Part shown: piece after piece, positions 36,917 through 49,060 of the stretch
Position numbering within the stretch: position 1 is the first letter of the stretch
Layout of the letters: each line of letters begins with the position of its first letter
Source of the DNA: Mobula hypostoma
Lineage: Eukaryota
Direction: 5' to 3'
DNA: 64,000 bases
NCBI RefSeq assembly: GCF_963921235.1
Contig: NC_086109.1
Coordinates: 11,904,001-11,968,000, forward strand
Made by a program: the position numbers and the translations under genes
The notes under the pieces: model-generated
The model's input: only the letters and a program-made list of their open reading frames with translations
Databases searched by the model: none
What the model was told of the DNA's origin: nothing

Positions 36917-37766
36917 TTTCCAATAATACTGGATGCTGATGAGTAAAACAAATGTTCACAGTTTGAGGAATAGAACGGGAAGGAAATGGATTCTGAGTGC
37001 AAGTTAGCCCTCAACCCACACAGAACTGAAGAACAAGATATTTCAATAACAGGAACAGCTGTCTATCAGAGATTAACTTACTTTTCATGTATATTTTCTA
37101 TGCTGATTTTAGTGAGTACAAGGCAGCATGAAAATGATGTTTCATGGATGGAAAGGATGCCTTTGTACTTACATCTGCAAACTTCTGCAAATTAATGTTC
37201 CCTGGGCAGCAACACTCTCTGCCAAGATTATTCAGAACACTGGTGCAAGAGACCAAGGTGTGTCCTCAGCTCCCTTCTCTCCTCCCTGCACACTCACAAC
37301 TGCAGGTTGGGTATTGTTTCTTTCTCCCCCCCCCCCACCCCCAGCCCTGATACAGGGTCTCCAACTGGAACACCTTTTGCCTCTATAGATGCTGCTGGAC
37401 CCATACAATTCTTCCAGCATCGTGTCAATGGTTCCACACCCCAATACTGTTGAACTTATTTATGGAGCATTTTCTGTCTCTACATATTTGCACATACTTT
37501 CCCATCTCTGCTACAGAAATGGTGCACTAGACCCAAATTGACACTGATCATTTGAATGAACAAGTAAACTGCAGATGTTGGAAATTTGAGACAAAAACAG
37601 AACGTGCTGGAAATACTGCGTATGTCAGGCTGAATCTCTGGGAAGTGAAACAGAGTCAAAGGGTCTTGGGTCTAAAACTTTCACTGTTTCCTTTTCTATG
37701 GGTACAGCCTGACCTGCTGAGTATTTCCTGCATTCTCTGTAACATCCCACGCAAGTTGTCACTCAC

Positions 37767-37803
37767 CGGGCAGTGAACAGATGAAAAGAACCAGAATCCA
37801 CAT
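37767..37803 (-). CDS. Signal-peptide exon (MWILVLFICSLP|V) of the Ig receptor
   Basis: ATG at 37803, 12 codons plus G, strong donor CCG|gtgagt. Splicing to 19582 gives MWILVLFICSLPVSGALWAEK. Absent from the ORF track. Confidence 0.85.
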
Positions 37804-38019
37804 TGTTCAAACCGGAGTGAGCTTGTTAGCACTAGTCTATCGTTTAGCTCGCAGCTCGAATATCTAAATAGCTGACAATGAACAATAGGGCGTAGTTGAA
37901 CAATAGGAAGTTGAATGAGGACGCAGGCAGCAAGAAATTCAGTTGTGAAACCACAGTGAGCTGGACACTGTAATCTGATGCCTTAGAATTTGAGTTCCTT
38001 TCAGCTGAGCTGACTGGAT

Positions 38020-38162
38020 GGATCGCTCTTTGTCTGGAGGCTCCCATTTGACCATACCGCATGGGTGACGTACCAGGAGTTAAACTCAGACAGCAACACT
38101 CCCGGGATCTCAGGAACTCAAAAGGCAGCCCACCACGACAAGGTTACGATCCTCGGAGAAGG
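38020..38162 (+). mobile_element. Old LINE (RTE-like) 5' fragment
   Basis: Similar to the inverted segment at about 33150-33300 (ctggag..cc..ttga..accaggag). Family assignment tentative. Confidence 0.4.
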
Positions 38163-38218
38163 GTATCATGTTCAGTGGGTGGGGCTTGCTTCAATTGGCA
38201 ATCCTCCAAAGAACTTAC

Positions 38219-38339
38219 TTGCGGCTTGCAGCAAATTCAGGACATGTTCTGCCTTGCCAGGCTTTCCTGAGCCTCTCCACTGGGGCAATGTCAGGCAGTT
38301 GTGCTTTGGTGTCTCCAAGCTCACACACGCACCAGGGTG
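38219..38339 (-). other. Candidate non-coding 5'UTR exon
   Basis: Strong acceptor ttacttctgctccccgcag| and donor CAA|gtaagt bracket 121 nt in non-repeat-looking DNA upstream of the signal-peptide exon. Confidence 0.45.
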
Positions 38340-41299
38340 CTGCGGGGAGCAGAAGTAAAGCCCGTAACTTAACTTGGAATTCATTCAGTGAGACTGAGTG
38401 AGTAAATTGACTGGGGGAAAATTGCTCTCAGTTTTACTCACCCCAACACTGAACTGCTCCCACAACCGATGGAGATATGTTCAAGGACACCATCTCATAT
38501 TCTCGATATTTTTTGCTGACTTAAATATTATTATTTTTTGATGTATTTGTTCAGCTTGTTGCATTTTGCACATTGTTTTTTTGTCTGCCTTGGGTGTGGT
38601 TTTTCATTGACTCTGTGGTGTTTCTTTGTATTTACTGTGAATGCATCACGACCAGGAGTCTTTGTTAAAGAAGAAGAGTTAATTTTTTCATTTGTAATGT
38701 GAATTGTATTTTCTGGTGTAACCTTGTGGCTAAGTGGTGTCCCTTGGGTTGTTTACCTTTTACGTCTAGTTGTTTGTCTTTGGACTCATTCTGCATTTTT
38801 CACTTTGTTTTGCAGGTGTCTCATTTAGGATCATGGGGATTTTTAAGCTCTCTGTATTTATCACTTTTATTCAATTTGGGATAATTTAATTAGCATGGTA
38901 TTTTGAATATATTGTTGTCTTTGGGGATTATTGTTTCATTTGGACACCTATGTTGTTCGATTGACATGGAATTCCTGTGTGCTCCAGGGTGTATTTTTGG
39001 GGTGTATGACAATCTCTCTTTGCTCTGTCATTGTGGATCCTTGGCTGATGAAACTCAAACCGAGTTCTTCTGTGTATTGTGAGTGAATTCAGATCTTCAA
39101 ATTCTGTAGAGCTCACCTGAGGTCCTGGTAGTTTTGCTGGTTAATTTCTATAATAAAACTTCTGTTTTGATTGAGTTGCTGAAGTTACTGTGATTTCTGC
39201 ACTTGAATTCACTAGTGAATCTTACAGAATACCTACGAGAAAATTAACCTAGGGTTGTGTATGTACTTCGATACTAAATTTATTTTGAACATTGAAATCC
39301 ATCCCATTTGAACAAGACCTGCCCATGGGAACACCTCTGACATCCCAGCCACCAGAACAAAGCTGGACAATGAGACCAAGCTCTACTCACAAGGAATGCC
39401 TTGTGAGTAAAACTGCACCTACAGTTTTCTCCCATCATAAGCCCCACCTATGATCTGACCCCTATCCATGAGCCATCAGAGAGGCAGGTGTGTGTCTGTG
39501 CAGTCTGCCACGGGGATCTCTGCAGCCAACATGCAGCATACAAATGGCAGAGCCAGCGTCGGGAATGGTGATGGTGAACATCATGGAAGCACCTAACGGA
39601 TTTGATCAGTCTGTGCTCTGCTAATGTTACTTTTCGCATGTAGCAATTAGCATAACACTGTTACTGCACCAGTGACCCTGATACATTCACTCCATGACCA
39701 TGTGGGTTTCCTCTGGGTGCTCCGGTTTCCTCCCACATTCCAAGGACCCACAAGTTAGTAGGTTAATTTGGCAGTTGATTCTTGTTGGGTCAGATGGGCC
39801 TCTTAATGTGCTATATCTCTAAATATAATTAAATTAAAAATAAAAATTATTCAGGTCCTGCAGCAATTGGGATGTCCCACTGTTTGAGCAGATTCAGCAG
39901 AGTGGGGAGGACTTTGAAGAAAACTGCTGAATGCCTTTCTACAGGAACCAGCTGTGACAACAACTGTAAACTCGACATGAACTCCAACTGTGAGTTCAGA
40001 TGTTCCTCCACTGCCAACAAGCTCTGTTCCAACTGCTTGATCTGTGGCTGTCATTTACATCTCCTGTGCTTCTGGGAGTGAGGCAGGTGTGATGCTCAAC
40101 ATGTTATCTTTACTGGGTCTGCCCACAATTCACCAGAATCCCATTGCTTGAGTGTTATCACTCAGTCCTGCTAACATTTTAACACTCATCACAAATTTTC
40201 AATCATTTGTTGCAAATTAATGTTATGTTTTTGTTACATATACTTAACAAACCTGAAACATTTGGATGTCTGATATCATCAGCTGGCTCACTGTGATTTC
40301 TAATCCGTCTTCCTCCTGTATAATTCCTTATTGTTATTCCAAGAAATCATTTCAGTATACTGGCCTTCATCAGTCAGGGCACTGAGTATTGGAATTGGGA
40401 TGTTATGTTGCAGTTGTATAATTCCTTGTTGAGGCCTGTGTATAGTTGGAGTACTGTGTACAGTTTCTGTCACCCTGTTATGGGAAAGAATTGGTTAAAA
40501 TGGAAACAGTGCAGAGAAGATTTACAACTCAAGGGCATTGAGTTATTGGGACAGGTTGGCCAGGTTAGATCTTTATCCCTCAGAATGCTGGAAAATGAAG
40601 AGTGACCTTGTAGAAGTGTTTAAAATTATGGGAGGCATAGTTAAGATGGGTAGCAACAGTTTTATTCCCCCCCCCCCCCAGAGCAGGGGAGTCCAAAACC
40701 AGGGACATAGATTTTGGGTGAGAGAGGGACCCGAGGGGCAACTTTTTTCACGCAGAGCATAGTGACTGCATGGAAAGTTCAAAGCAAATTGATTATCAAA
40801 TAAATACATGTGATCACATATAACCCTGAGATGCATTCTCCTGTGGGTAAACAGAAAGAATCACAAGAGAAGCAACGAAAAACTGCAAACAACAGAGATG
40901 GACAAAGAACTAATGTACAAATGCAAAAAGAAAAGTAGCGATAATAAAAATAATAATAATAGCAGCGCCTGAACAGATGGCCATGCAGCAGCACCGGAAC
41001 CAGGGGCGGCCAGCAGCACCACCACCGTGGACTGGACGAGATGACAGCACCAGCCTCCGGCAGCGGGTGCCAGAATTTGGAGAACTCGAAGGACAGTGAG
41101 CTGCTGAGTGGCATGGACTCGGAGGACAGGTGAGGAGCCGTGGCTCGGTTTCGGGATCCGCAGGATGGTCTCGGACATCAAGGTGCGGGGAGAAGTCATC
41201 CACAGGTGTCAAGTCAAACTAGAGTTTCTAGAAAGTATTGGGACCTAGAGGCAAAAGAAAATAAAATTTAAAGTAATAGCAAGAACCCACTGATAGACC

Positions 41300-41610
41300 G
41301 GATGGAACTCACTGCCTGAGTGGAACACCGGGAGGACGCGGCAGTCCGGGAGCAGCGCTGGAATCTGCGATAAGATGCTGAACTTTTATGTAACTTCAGA
41401 GACGGTTTCACGGAGAAGCGCACTGACGTCACTGCGCTTTGGGTCAGCGCGGGCTTCGCGTCACGTCACGGGGATCCTCGCGCGCAGGCGCCTCTGGGAA
41501 ATGGCGCGAGGTTTGAGAAGAACCTTCGGGAAGGGTCGCCCGGTTTGAAAATTTAACGGTCTCCGGGGGAGCGGAGAGGTGCCGGTCAGAATCCGTCTAC
41601 AAAGTCCGCA
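41300..41610. promoter_or_regulatory. CpG-island promoter
   Basis: The only clearly CpG-dense non-repeat segment seen by eye. CATAAAAG (minus, 41383-41390), CRE TGACGTCA 41424-41431, TGACGTGA (minus) 41461-41468, NRF1-like GCGCAGGCGC 41482-41491, YY1 AAATGGCG 41499-41506. Confidence 0.8.
41313..41359 (-). other. Candidate first (non-coding) exon
   Basis: Predicted transcription start about 30 nt downstream of CATAAAAG. Strong donor GGCA|gtgagt at 41313. No ATG. Confidence 0.5.
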
Positions 41611-41759
41611 GAGAGAGCCAGTTTTTTCACCTAAATGACTAATAACTTACGACTAGAGACAAGTGACTAATGTCTAACGGTTGAGGAACTATCAAACTGC
41701 TGCACTTGCGAAAAATAGGAGGAAAAAGGAAAAGTTGTTTGGTCATTCACTGGAATCCA

Positions 41760-44700
41760 GTTGAAAAACCTCCGGGTAGACACATTCAATCCCTTTCAAG
41801 TGGGGAAGCGGCACATGTTCAAAGAAGAATAAGAAATCCAACCTGACAGTGAAAAACTGGCTACTTCGCAGGACTTTGGACAGCGATAAAAACCGGTTGA
41901 CCGTGAAACTGGAGGGCCGGGAAACAGAAATCTGGGAGAGCTTTGAGCTGGAACAGCAGGAGCAGTAACTTGGAAGAAAATCAAGTTAAGATAAAACAAC
42001 ATCAAAGCATCATTAAAAAGTTGTACTTACCTTCTCACCTATGAACAGCCTGCAGAGGAAATCAAACATGGCTGATCAAACTATTTGGAAATCAGTTGAG
42101 CAACTCAAGGTAGACAACAAAAAAGATTATTTTCTAGTCTGGTCAACAATATTACCAGGACCTATGAAGACATGTCTGAAGAAGAGCTCGGAGTCAGTTT
42201 CACTAAACTCACAATAGAAGCCAAGAAAGCCATGGAAACCAATGACGATGTGGAGGCCGGACTCATTGCAGAACTGGAAGTGGAGCTGAACACAGAGGAA
42301 GTAGCTGTGTTAACTGAACAGCAAAAAGCCAACCTGGCAAAGACAGCGAGTGAGTGTGAGTTGAAACTAAAGGAGGTCAGAAGCCTAATCCAGGAGACTC
42401 TTTGGACCAACTTTGGAAATGTTGAATTGTTCACAGCACTTGTGCAAGCAGCAGAGGATGAATGTGAAAACGTCGCTGCTGTACAACCCAATGGCGACCA
42501 GGAGGCGTATGACTTCATGCTTAGCCACCTGCAAGGACTGGTAAAGACAGCGAAGGGGGTGCATGGTGGATGGAAACGATGGATCCCGCCAGGGGATCAG
42601 AAGGACCTTCAGAGTCACCTAAAGGGGCTTGAACTCCACATCCCCAAGTTGGTTTCCAAGAAGGCCCACTTCATACAGGCAAGGAGAAAGGAGGATGCTG
42701 AAAGACTAACCCCGACGACGTGGGGCTTTTCCTCCAATTTTCCCAATGCCAGCCATTAGATTGAAACCAATGGCCCCTCCCAAGTTTACTGGCAGCAAAC
42801 GTGATTTTCACAGGTGGAGAAAGGACTGGGAAGCACTCCAGAGGCAGGGTGAGCCGACCGGTTCAAGAGAGGTGAAAAAGGTTCAACTACTGGACAGTCT
42901 TGACAACAAAATCAGAAGAGACCTTCGCCTCACTACTGATAACACTGCAGATGACATCTTTCGTGTTCTAGAAAATCGCTATGGAAATCAAACGTGCATT
43001 GCTATTGAAATAGTGGAAGAGTCACAGAAAATGCCAGCTGTCAGAAGTCATCAGTCATGGAAAATAGTGGAATTAATTCAAACCGTGGAGACACGGGTGC
43101 TATCAAAAATCCACTGGTGACAAAATCAATTGAAAGTAAACTTCCAGAAACTCACAAAAAGGAATGGCTGGTCTATGTCGCTGACAAGAGAACTGCTGTG
43201 GCACCAGATAATCAGTTTGACAGTCTCTTGGAATTGCTCAAAGGGCAAGAGAGCATATATGAGCAGCTTGAGCAACTGAGGGATGAAGAGTCAAGTAGAA
43301 GAGAAACCAGGGCTGAGCCAAGACATGCCAGAACCAAATCTACCAAGTCAGACGACGACCATGCAGGGTGTGTAGTCTGCGGTGATGGAAAGCACAAAAG
43401 GAAGCTCTACTTTTGCAAACAGTTTCAAGTGCTAAAGCTACCAGAGAAAAAGGCTGCAGTAAGAAAGTTGGGGGCATGCAAGAGGTGTCTTGAGGTTCAT
43501 AATGACAGTTCATACTGCAAACCCGCCTATCTGTGTGAAAACCAAGACTGCAAGGATGAGCATACTCCTGAGCATCATTACTATCTGTGCCCCAGTGCTG
43601 AAATAAAGAAAAGCAGCGCAGGTCAGAAAGAGAGCAGATTTGGTCCAGAGGAAGATAAAGGCGGGAGGAAATATACAGAGGACCAAGAGGAGTTCTTCAG
43701 CAAACTTTCACCAGAATTGGCCAAACAATGTGCGATGTATTTTCAAACACTGCATCCAGAGCCTTCAGCACTGTGAAAGATAAACCGGGCCTTCTGGTGG
43801 AAAGTGGATTGCAAGAGCTGCCAGTGATTATGATGCTTCTTGAGGTCGCAGCTAATGCTGGACAAAAAATCGGGACATTAACTGACTTGGCTTCAGACGC
43901 CAATTACATAACCCACAAGGCTGCAAGCAGACTGAACCTCAGAAGTGAGGAAATCACTCTCGTCGTCCATGGATTTGGGGGAGCGGTGATGAAGGTTCAT
44001 GTGGAGACAAAGCGGTACCTTCTAAAAATCAGAGTAAACACTCCCAAGGGCACTCTCAGATCACACCAATTAGTTTGTGATGGACGAGGCAGCACTGCAA
44101 ATGTCCACAAATATGTGACACCGAAGCAACTGCAGAAATTCTTCCCAGACATAGCGCTTGATGAACTTGTGAGACCCAGAGAAATAAATTTACTCATAAG
44201 CCATAGAGAAGGTCAGCTAGCACCTCAGAGAACCAGGGCTGTTGGAGACCTCGTGCTGTGGGATGAACCACTGGGGAAGATGGTCAGAGGAGCACATCCT
44301 GATCTGTTTGAGGAGCTGTCTGTGTCAGCCCACATGTCCAAGGCACCTTTTGCGAAGTCAATGAGAGTGGCTGCTGTAAAGTACGAGGAGCTCACCAGCA
44401 GAGTCCCAGAGCAACTTCCACCAAACAAAGAGGATGGCATCAAGCTCCAGGAGTCAGGTACTTCAAGCACCAACCAGGACTTCCTAGAGTGGTGGAAGTG
44501 GGACAGTATTGGCGCAGCATGGGAACCAAAATGCGGGGGTTGCTGCTGCGGGAACTGCCAGCCAGCCGGCAAAGGAATGACTCTTGCTGAGGAGAAGGAA
44601 CTTGAATTTGTAAGAAGAGGCCTCACCTATGTCACAGGTGACCGCCACATTGGCACGCCAGATATCCTTGGTTAGAAGATCCAGCTTCCTTGCCAATCAA

Positions 44701-45090
44701 TAAAAGAACAATCGAGGCTACATTTCTCAGGTCGGAAAAGCAACTCGCCAAAGAACCTGAGTGGAAAACTGCCTCTACACTGCTCCAGTGTGTGACATGG
44801 TCGATCGAAGGACTGCAATGAAATTGTCCAAAGGCACGGTCATCAACTAGAACAGGCCAGTCAAGTACGTGAGTCACCTTATTGCTCTGAACCCGCACTC
44901 TGTCACGACCCCAGTGAGACTCGTGTGGAACAGCAGCCAAAAGTTCAGAGGCGTGAGCTTGAACGACCTGCTAATGAAAGGTCCAGATGTCCTCAGCCAG
45001 ATTCAGGGGTGGAGTATACGCTGCTCTGGGTGACATAAAAAAAAGATGTACAATTCGGTTTGGTTGGAAGACCGAGAAGTGCACCTGCAC
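41760..45090 (+). mobile_element. BEL/Pao LTR retrotransposon, 5' half (gag, protease, start of RT), degenerate
   Basis: Coiled-coil ORF 42172-42759, PKFTGSKRDFHRW in 42746-43120, three Cys/His knuckles in 43057-43776, protease-like TLTDLASD in 43728-44675, BEL RT start (WNSSQKFRGVSLNDLLMKGPD). Truncated at about 45090. LTR boundary uncertain. Confidence 0.88.
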
Positions 45091-46800
45091 GTCAAATTAC
45101 TAAGATTCATAAATATGATGATACTTTGACAGTTGATCATGACAAGATAAACAAAACCTTTCAAGAATTTTGTACCTCTTTATACCATTCTGACCTTCGT
45201 CATGATTTTAACATCATGCATGATTTTCTAAGAAAATAGAATTTTCCGAAATTATCACCTGAAGACTGTTTAACATTAGAAACTCCTATTACAGAGGACG
45301 AAATAACAGCTGTAATCTCATCAATGAATTCTGGTAAAGTGCCTGGTCTGGGTGGTTTTACAGTGGAATTTTTGAAGTCTTTTTCCTCTGTTCGCTCTCC
45401 TTGGTTGTGTAATATTCAAAGAAGCAATCAGTTTAGGTAAATTACCACAAACACTTTATGAAGCTTCTATTTCTTTAATTCTTAAAAAGAATAAAGATCC
45501 TACTGATTGTGCATCATATAGACCGATATCTCTTTTGAATGTAGATTCAAAAATTTAGCAACTAGGTTAGAGAAGGTATTACCTCAAATTATATCTGTGG
45601 ACCAAACAGGATTTATTAAAAACTGTTATTCATCTTTTAATATCAGGAGGTTAATGAATATTGTTTATACCCCCTCACTTGACACTCCAGAATGTATTAT
45701 CTCATCAGATGCCGAGAAAGCATTCGACAGTTGAATGGCCATATTTATTTAGTGTGTTTGAGAAATTTAATTTTAGTCCGATATTTATATCCTGGATTAG
45801 ATTGTTATATTATACCCCTGTAGCTTCGGTTTGTACTAATAATCAAAGATCTCCCTTTTTTCATCTATCTTGCGGTACTAGGCAAGGATGCCCTCTTAGT
45901 CCTTTATTATTTAATATTGCCCTTGAACCTTTAGCAATTCCTATCCATGACTCGCCCAACATTTTTGGTATTACCTGCGGAAATGAAATACATAAATTAT
46001 CATTATATGCAGATGATTTGTTATTATATATCTCTAATCCGGAGAAATCAATTCCTGTTATTTTATCTTTGTTGGCTCAATTTAGTAATTTTTCGGGTTA
46101 TAAATTGAACCTTAATAAGAGTGAATTATTTCCTCTAAATAAGCAGGTTCCTATTTATGGATGTTTACCACTTAAATTGGTTACTGACTCTTTTATATAT
46201 TTAGGGATTAAAATCACAAAAAAGCATAAAGATTTACTTAAGCTAATTTTTTTACCTTTAATTGATCAGATTAAACTTTTGTTTACTAAATGGTCACCAA
46301 TGTCTTTGTCTCTGATCGGTTGGTCAATGCTATCAAGATGATTATTTTGCCTAAATTTTTATATGTATTTCAATTGATACCAATTTTTATTCCAAAATCT
46401 TTTTCTGATAATGTTGATTCAGAAATTTCTTCATCTATATGGCAGAACAAAAACCCTAGGCTAGATGAAAGGCATTTACAGAAATCTAAAAAAGATGGGG
46501 GGGTTAGCGCTCCCGAATCTTGGGTTTTACTATTGGGCAATTAATATTTGATGCTTAAAATTTTAGTTACGGGACTTGGATGTAATTTCATTGGTTAGAT
46601 CTTGAATTTAAAGCTTTTTTTAGGGATTTAATATTAAATTTTAAAATGCCGCTGGTTTTTCTTTCTAAGAGATAACATTATTTTGATTCTTTCTTGTTTA
46701 AAAAAAGATTAAATATAAACATGGAATAGTTTGTAGATGCTGGAATATAAACACTTTCCTTTGTTGAGACTTTGTTGTTCGTCTTACAAGGTTAGTGAGT
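45090..46800 (+). mobile_element. L1/Tx1-clade LINE RT fragment
   Basis: GTRQGCPLSPLLF, LYADD and IILPKFLY motifs in ORFs 45661-46341 and 46290-46544. Confidence 0.88.
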
Positions 46801-48309
46801 TTTGTTGTTTTTTTTAACTAGGGGAGGAAGAGAGAATCCGTTTAATTTTTTTTTGTACAGACAGAGCAGTCCCTGGCTTCGTATTCTATCATAGGGGGCC
46901 TGCTTTTTTTCAGGCTATGGGGGGAGAGGGATGGGGTTAGAGTTAGGGGTTTTTTCCCATTGGGTGGTTCCGGAGCATGCGTGTTTTCTATGTGGTTGTA
47001 TTCTTCATCGCTACCATTTTTGATCATCCCATATCGGTATGTGCTCTGTGCATATGTAGAGTAGAATGAAATTATAGTATGGTATTTAAATGGATTAATG
47101 TAATAAGTTGGAATGTACGTGGTTGGAATCATCCTATCAAACAAGAAAAGACTTTTAAAACCATTTACCGATTCCAACCGGACGTAATCTTTGCCAAAGA
47201 GACACATATCAAGGTGGGAGATCAAAATAGATTTTTTGGATGGTGGAGGGGTGTGTTTCACTCCACTTCTCAAAGTAAAGCTAAGGGTGTGCTATCTTTA
47301 TTAAATCCAATATATTTACTCGAGGATATTGAGTCAGACTTTAATGGTAGATTTTTAATTGTTAAAGGAGTAATCTGTAACAGAAAAGTTGTTTTGATCA
47401 ATTTGTACGGTCCTAACTTAGGTGATCCTTTTTTTAAAAAGGTATTTGCTTTACTGCCTGATTTAAATGAATATATGTTGATAATGGGTGGGGATTTTAA
47501 CTGTTATTTAAATCCTTTGATTGTTAAGAGCTCAACCAATCAGCGACTTCCAAGTTGCTCCGCGTCACTTATTAACTCCTTTTTGACTGATTTTAGATTG
47601 ATTGAATTATGGAGATATCTACACCCTAATAACAGAGAATATTCTTTCTATTCACATGTTTATAAAAAATATTTGAGGATTGATTATATTATAATCGAAT
47701 CCTGCTTCTTGCCTAGTGTTAAAAATTGTGAATATGACGCTATTGCTATATCTGATCATGCGCCTCTGAGTTTGTCTTTTGAATTTGATGATGTCATTCT
47801 TGCCCGCCCACCATGGTGCATGTCTCAGGCATTATTGCAAAACTCTGACTTTATTGAAACCCAGATAAAAGATTTTTTTCTTTTTAATGATATGGGGGTA
47901 CATCTAAATTAATCACATGGGATACATTTAAAGCATTTTTACGTGGTCAGATTATTTCTTATTCAGCTAAGCTTAAAAAACAGACTAAAGTAGAATTAGA
48001 TAAGATTTCAAAACAAATTAAAGACTTAGATAATATTTATGCAATTTCCCCTAATATTGATTTGTTCAAACAAAGGGTGGAACTCCAATCATAATATAAT
48101 CTATTATTAATTCATCCTATTGAATGCTATTTTCTTAAGTTGAAGAGCCAATTTTATATGTTTGGAGATAAAAATAATAAACTGCTTGCATCTCAATTAA
48201 AAACAGCTAGAGCCAAAAGGCAAAGTTTGAAAATCCGTAGGAAAGATGGTACCCTGATTTGGGAATATGAAGAGATTAATAAGATTTTTGAAGATTTTTA
48301 TACTGAATT

Positions 48310-49060
48310 GGGACTCAGTGCTTTCATCTCCTGCCTGATGTTGTGGATCCTCAATGCTCTTTGGTTCTTCGAGTAGGATGTTTTGGAGCCTTCCTTCTCC
48401 TCTTCTCCGAACCGTTCAGCTGCAATACTGACAATAATTGTTGTCATGGCTTGCAGCTTCCTATCAATCCCTCCCTTCGCCGTTGCCTCCAGAATTTGGT
48501 TAGCTTCTTCATCAAACTGCTTCCACAGTGAAGTCATGTTAGCTGCAGGCCATTTGATCCACCTCCTGTTAGACTTCATGTTAGAAGGATTAGTTTGCAA
48601 CACTTGGAGGTTCCGGGCACTGCAGGGTGACTCCGGGCCTGGCCCCTCCTTCGTCTCACCAGGTTGGACACCTGCACGTTGTGCTGCTCCTGCTCCCGCC
48701 AAACACTTCATCCTCGCTTGGTGGATCTTCAAGCTGCGATCGTTCTTGCAGATTTTGCCACATGCACACTGCTTCCTCATCATCGTTTGTTCATTGCCTG
48801 GGTCTGATGTCGTTGTGTCCATCTGACTGGGGTGCTCATTCTCCCCCCACCCTTCTCGGGCACCCCTGGGGCTATCTTTCCCTTAGATTCATTGTAGCTT
48901 TTGTGGGGGTTCTCCTCTCAGAGGACACAGATTGGGTTGCCAGCCCGTTCTGCCCCGGTTGCTGTCTCTCCGGGCTGTCACTGACTCTCCAGTCGTCACC
49001 ACTCTTTTCGCGGTTGTCACCCAGTCTTTCCTGGTTGTCACTGATGAACTCAGGGTGTAA
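48310..49060 (-). mobile_element. HERO/NeSL-like (restriction-like endonuclease clade) non-LTR 5' fragment
   Basis: ORF 48298-48822 with a CACGKICKN..SLKIHQARMKC zinc finger and IKWPAAN..WKQFDE..ERFG. Confidence 0.7.

Noticed and set aside
39872-40081. Cys-rich plus-strand ORF resembling a small disulfide peptide
   Set aside because: No signal peptide or recognisable spacing. Explained as the antisense of a Leu/Gln-rich frame.
42031-42049. 19-nt minus-strand mini-exon with consensus acceptor and donor
   Set aside because: It lies inside the BEL element leader and upstream of the predicted promoter, with no linkage evidence.
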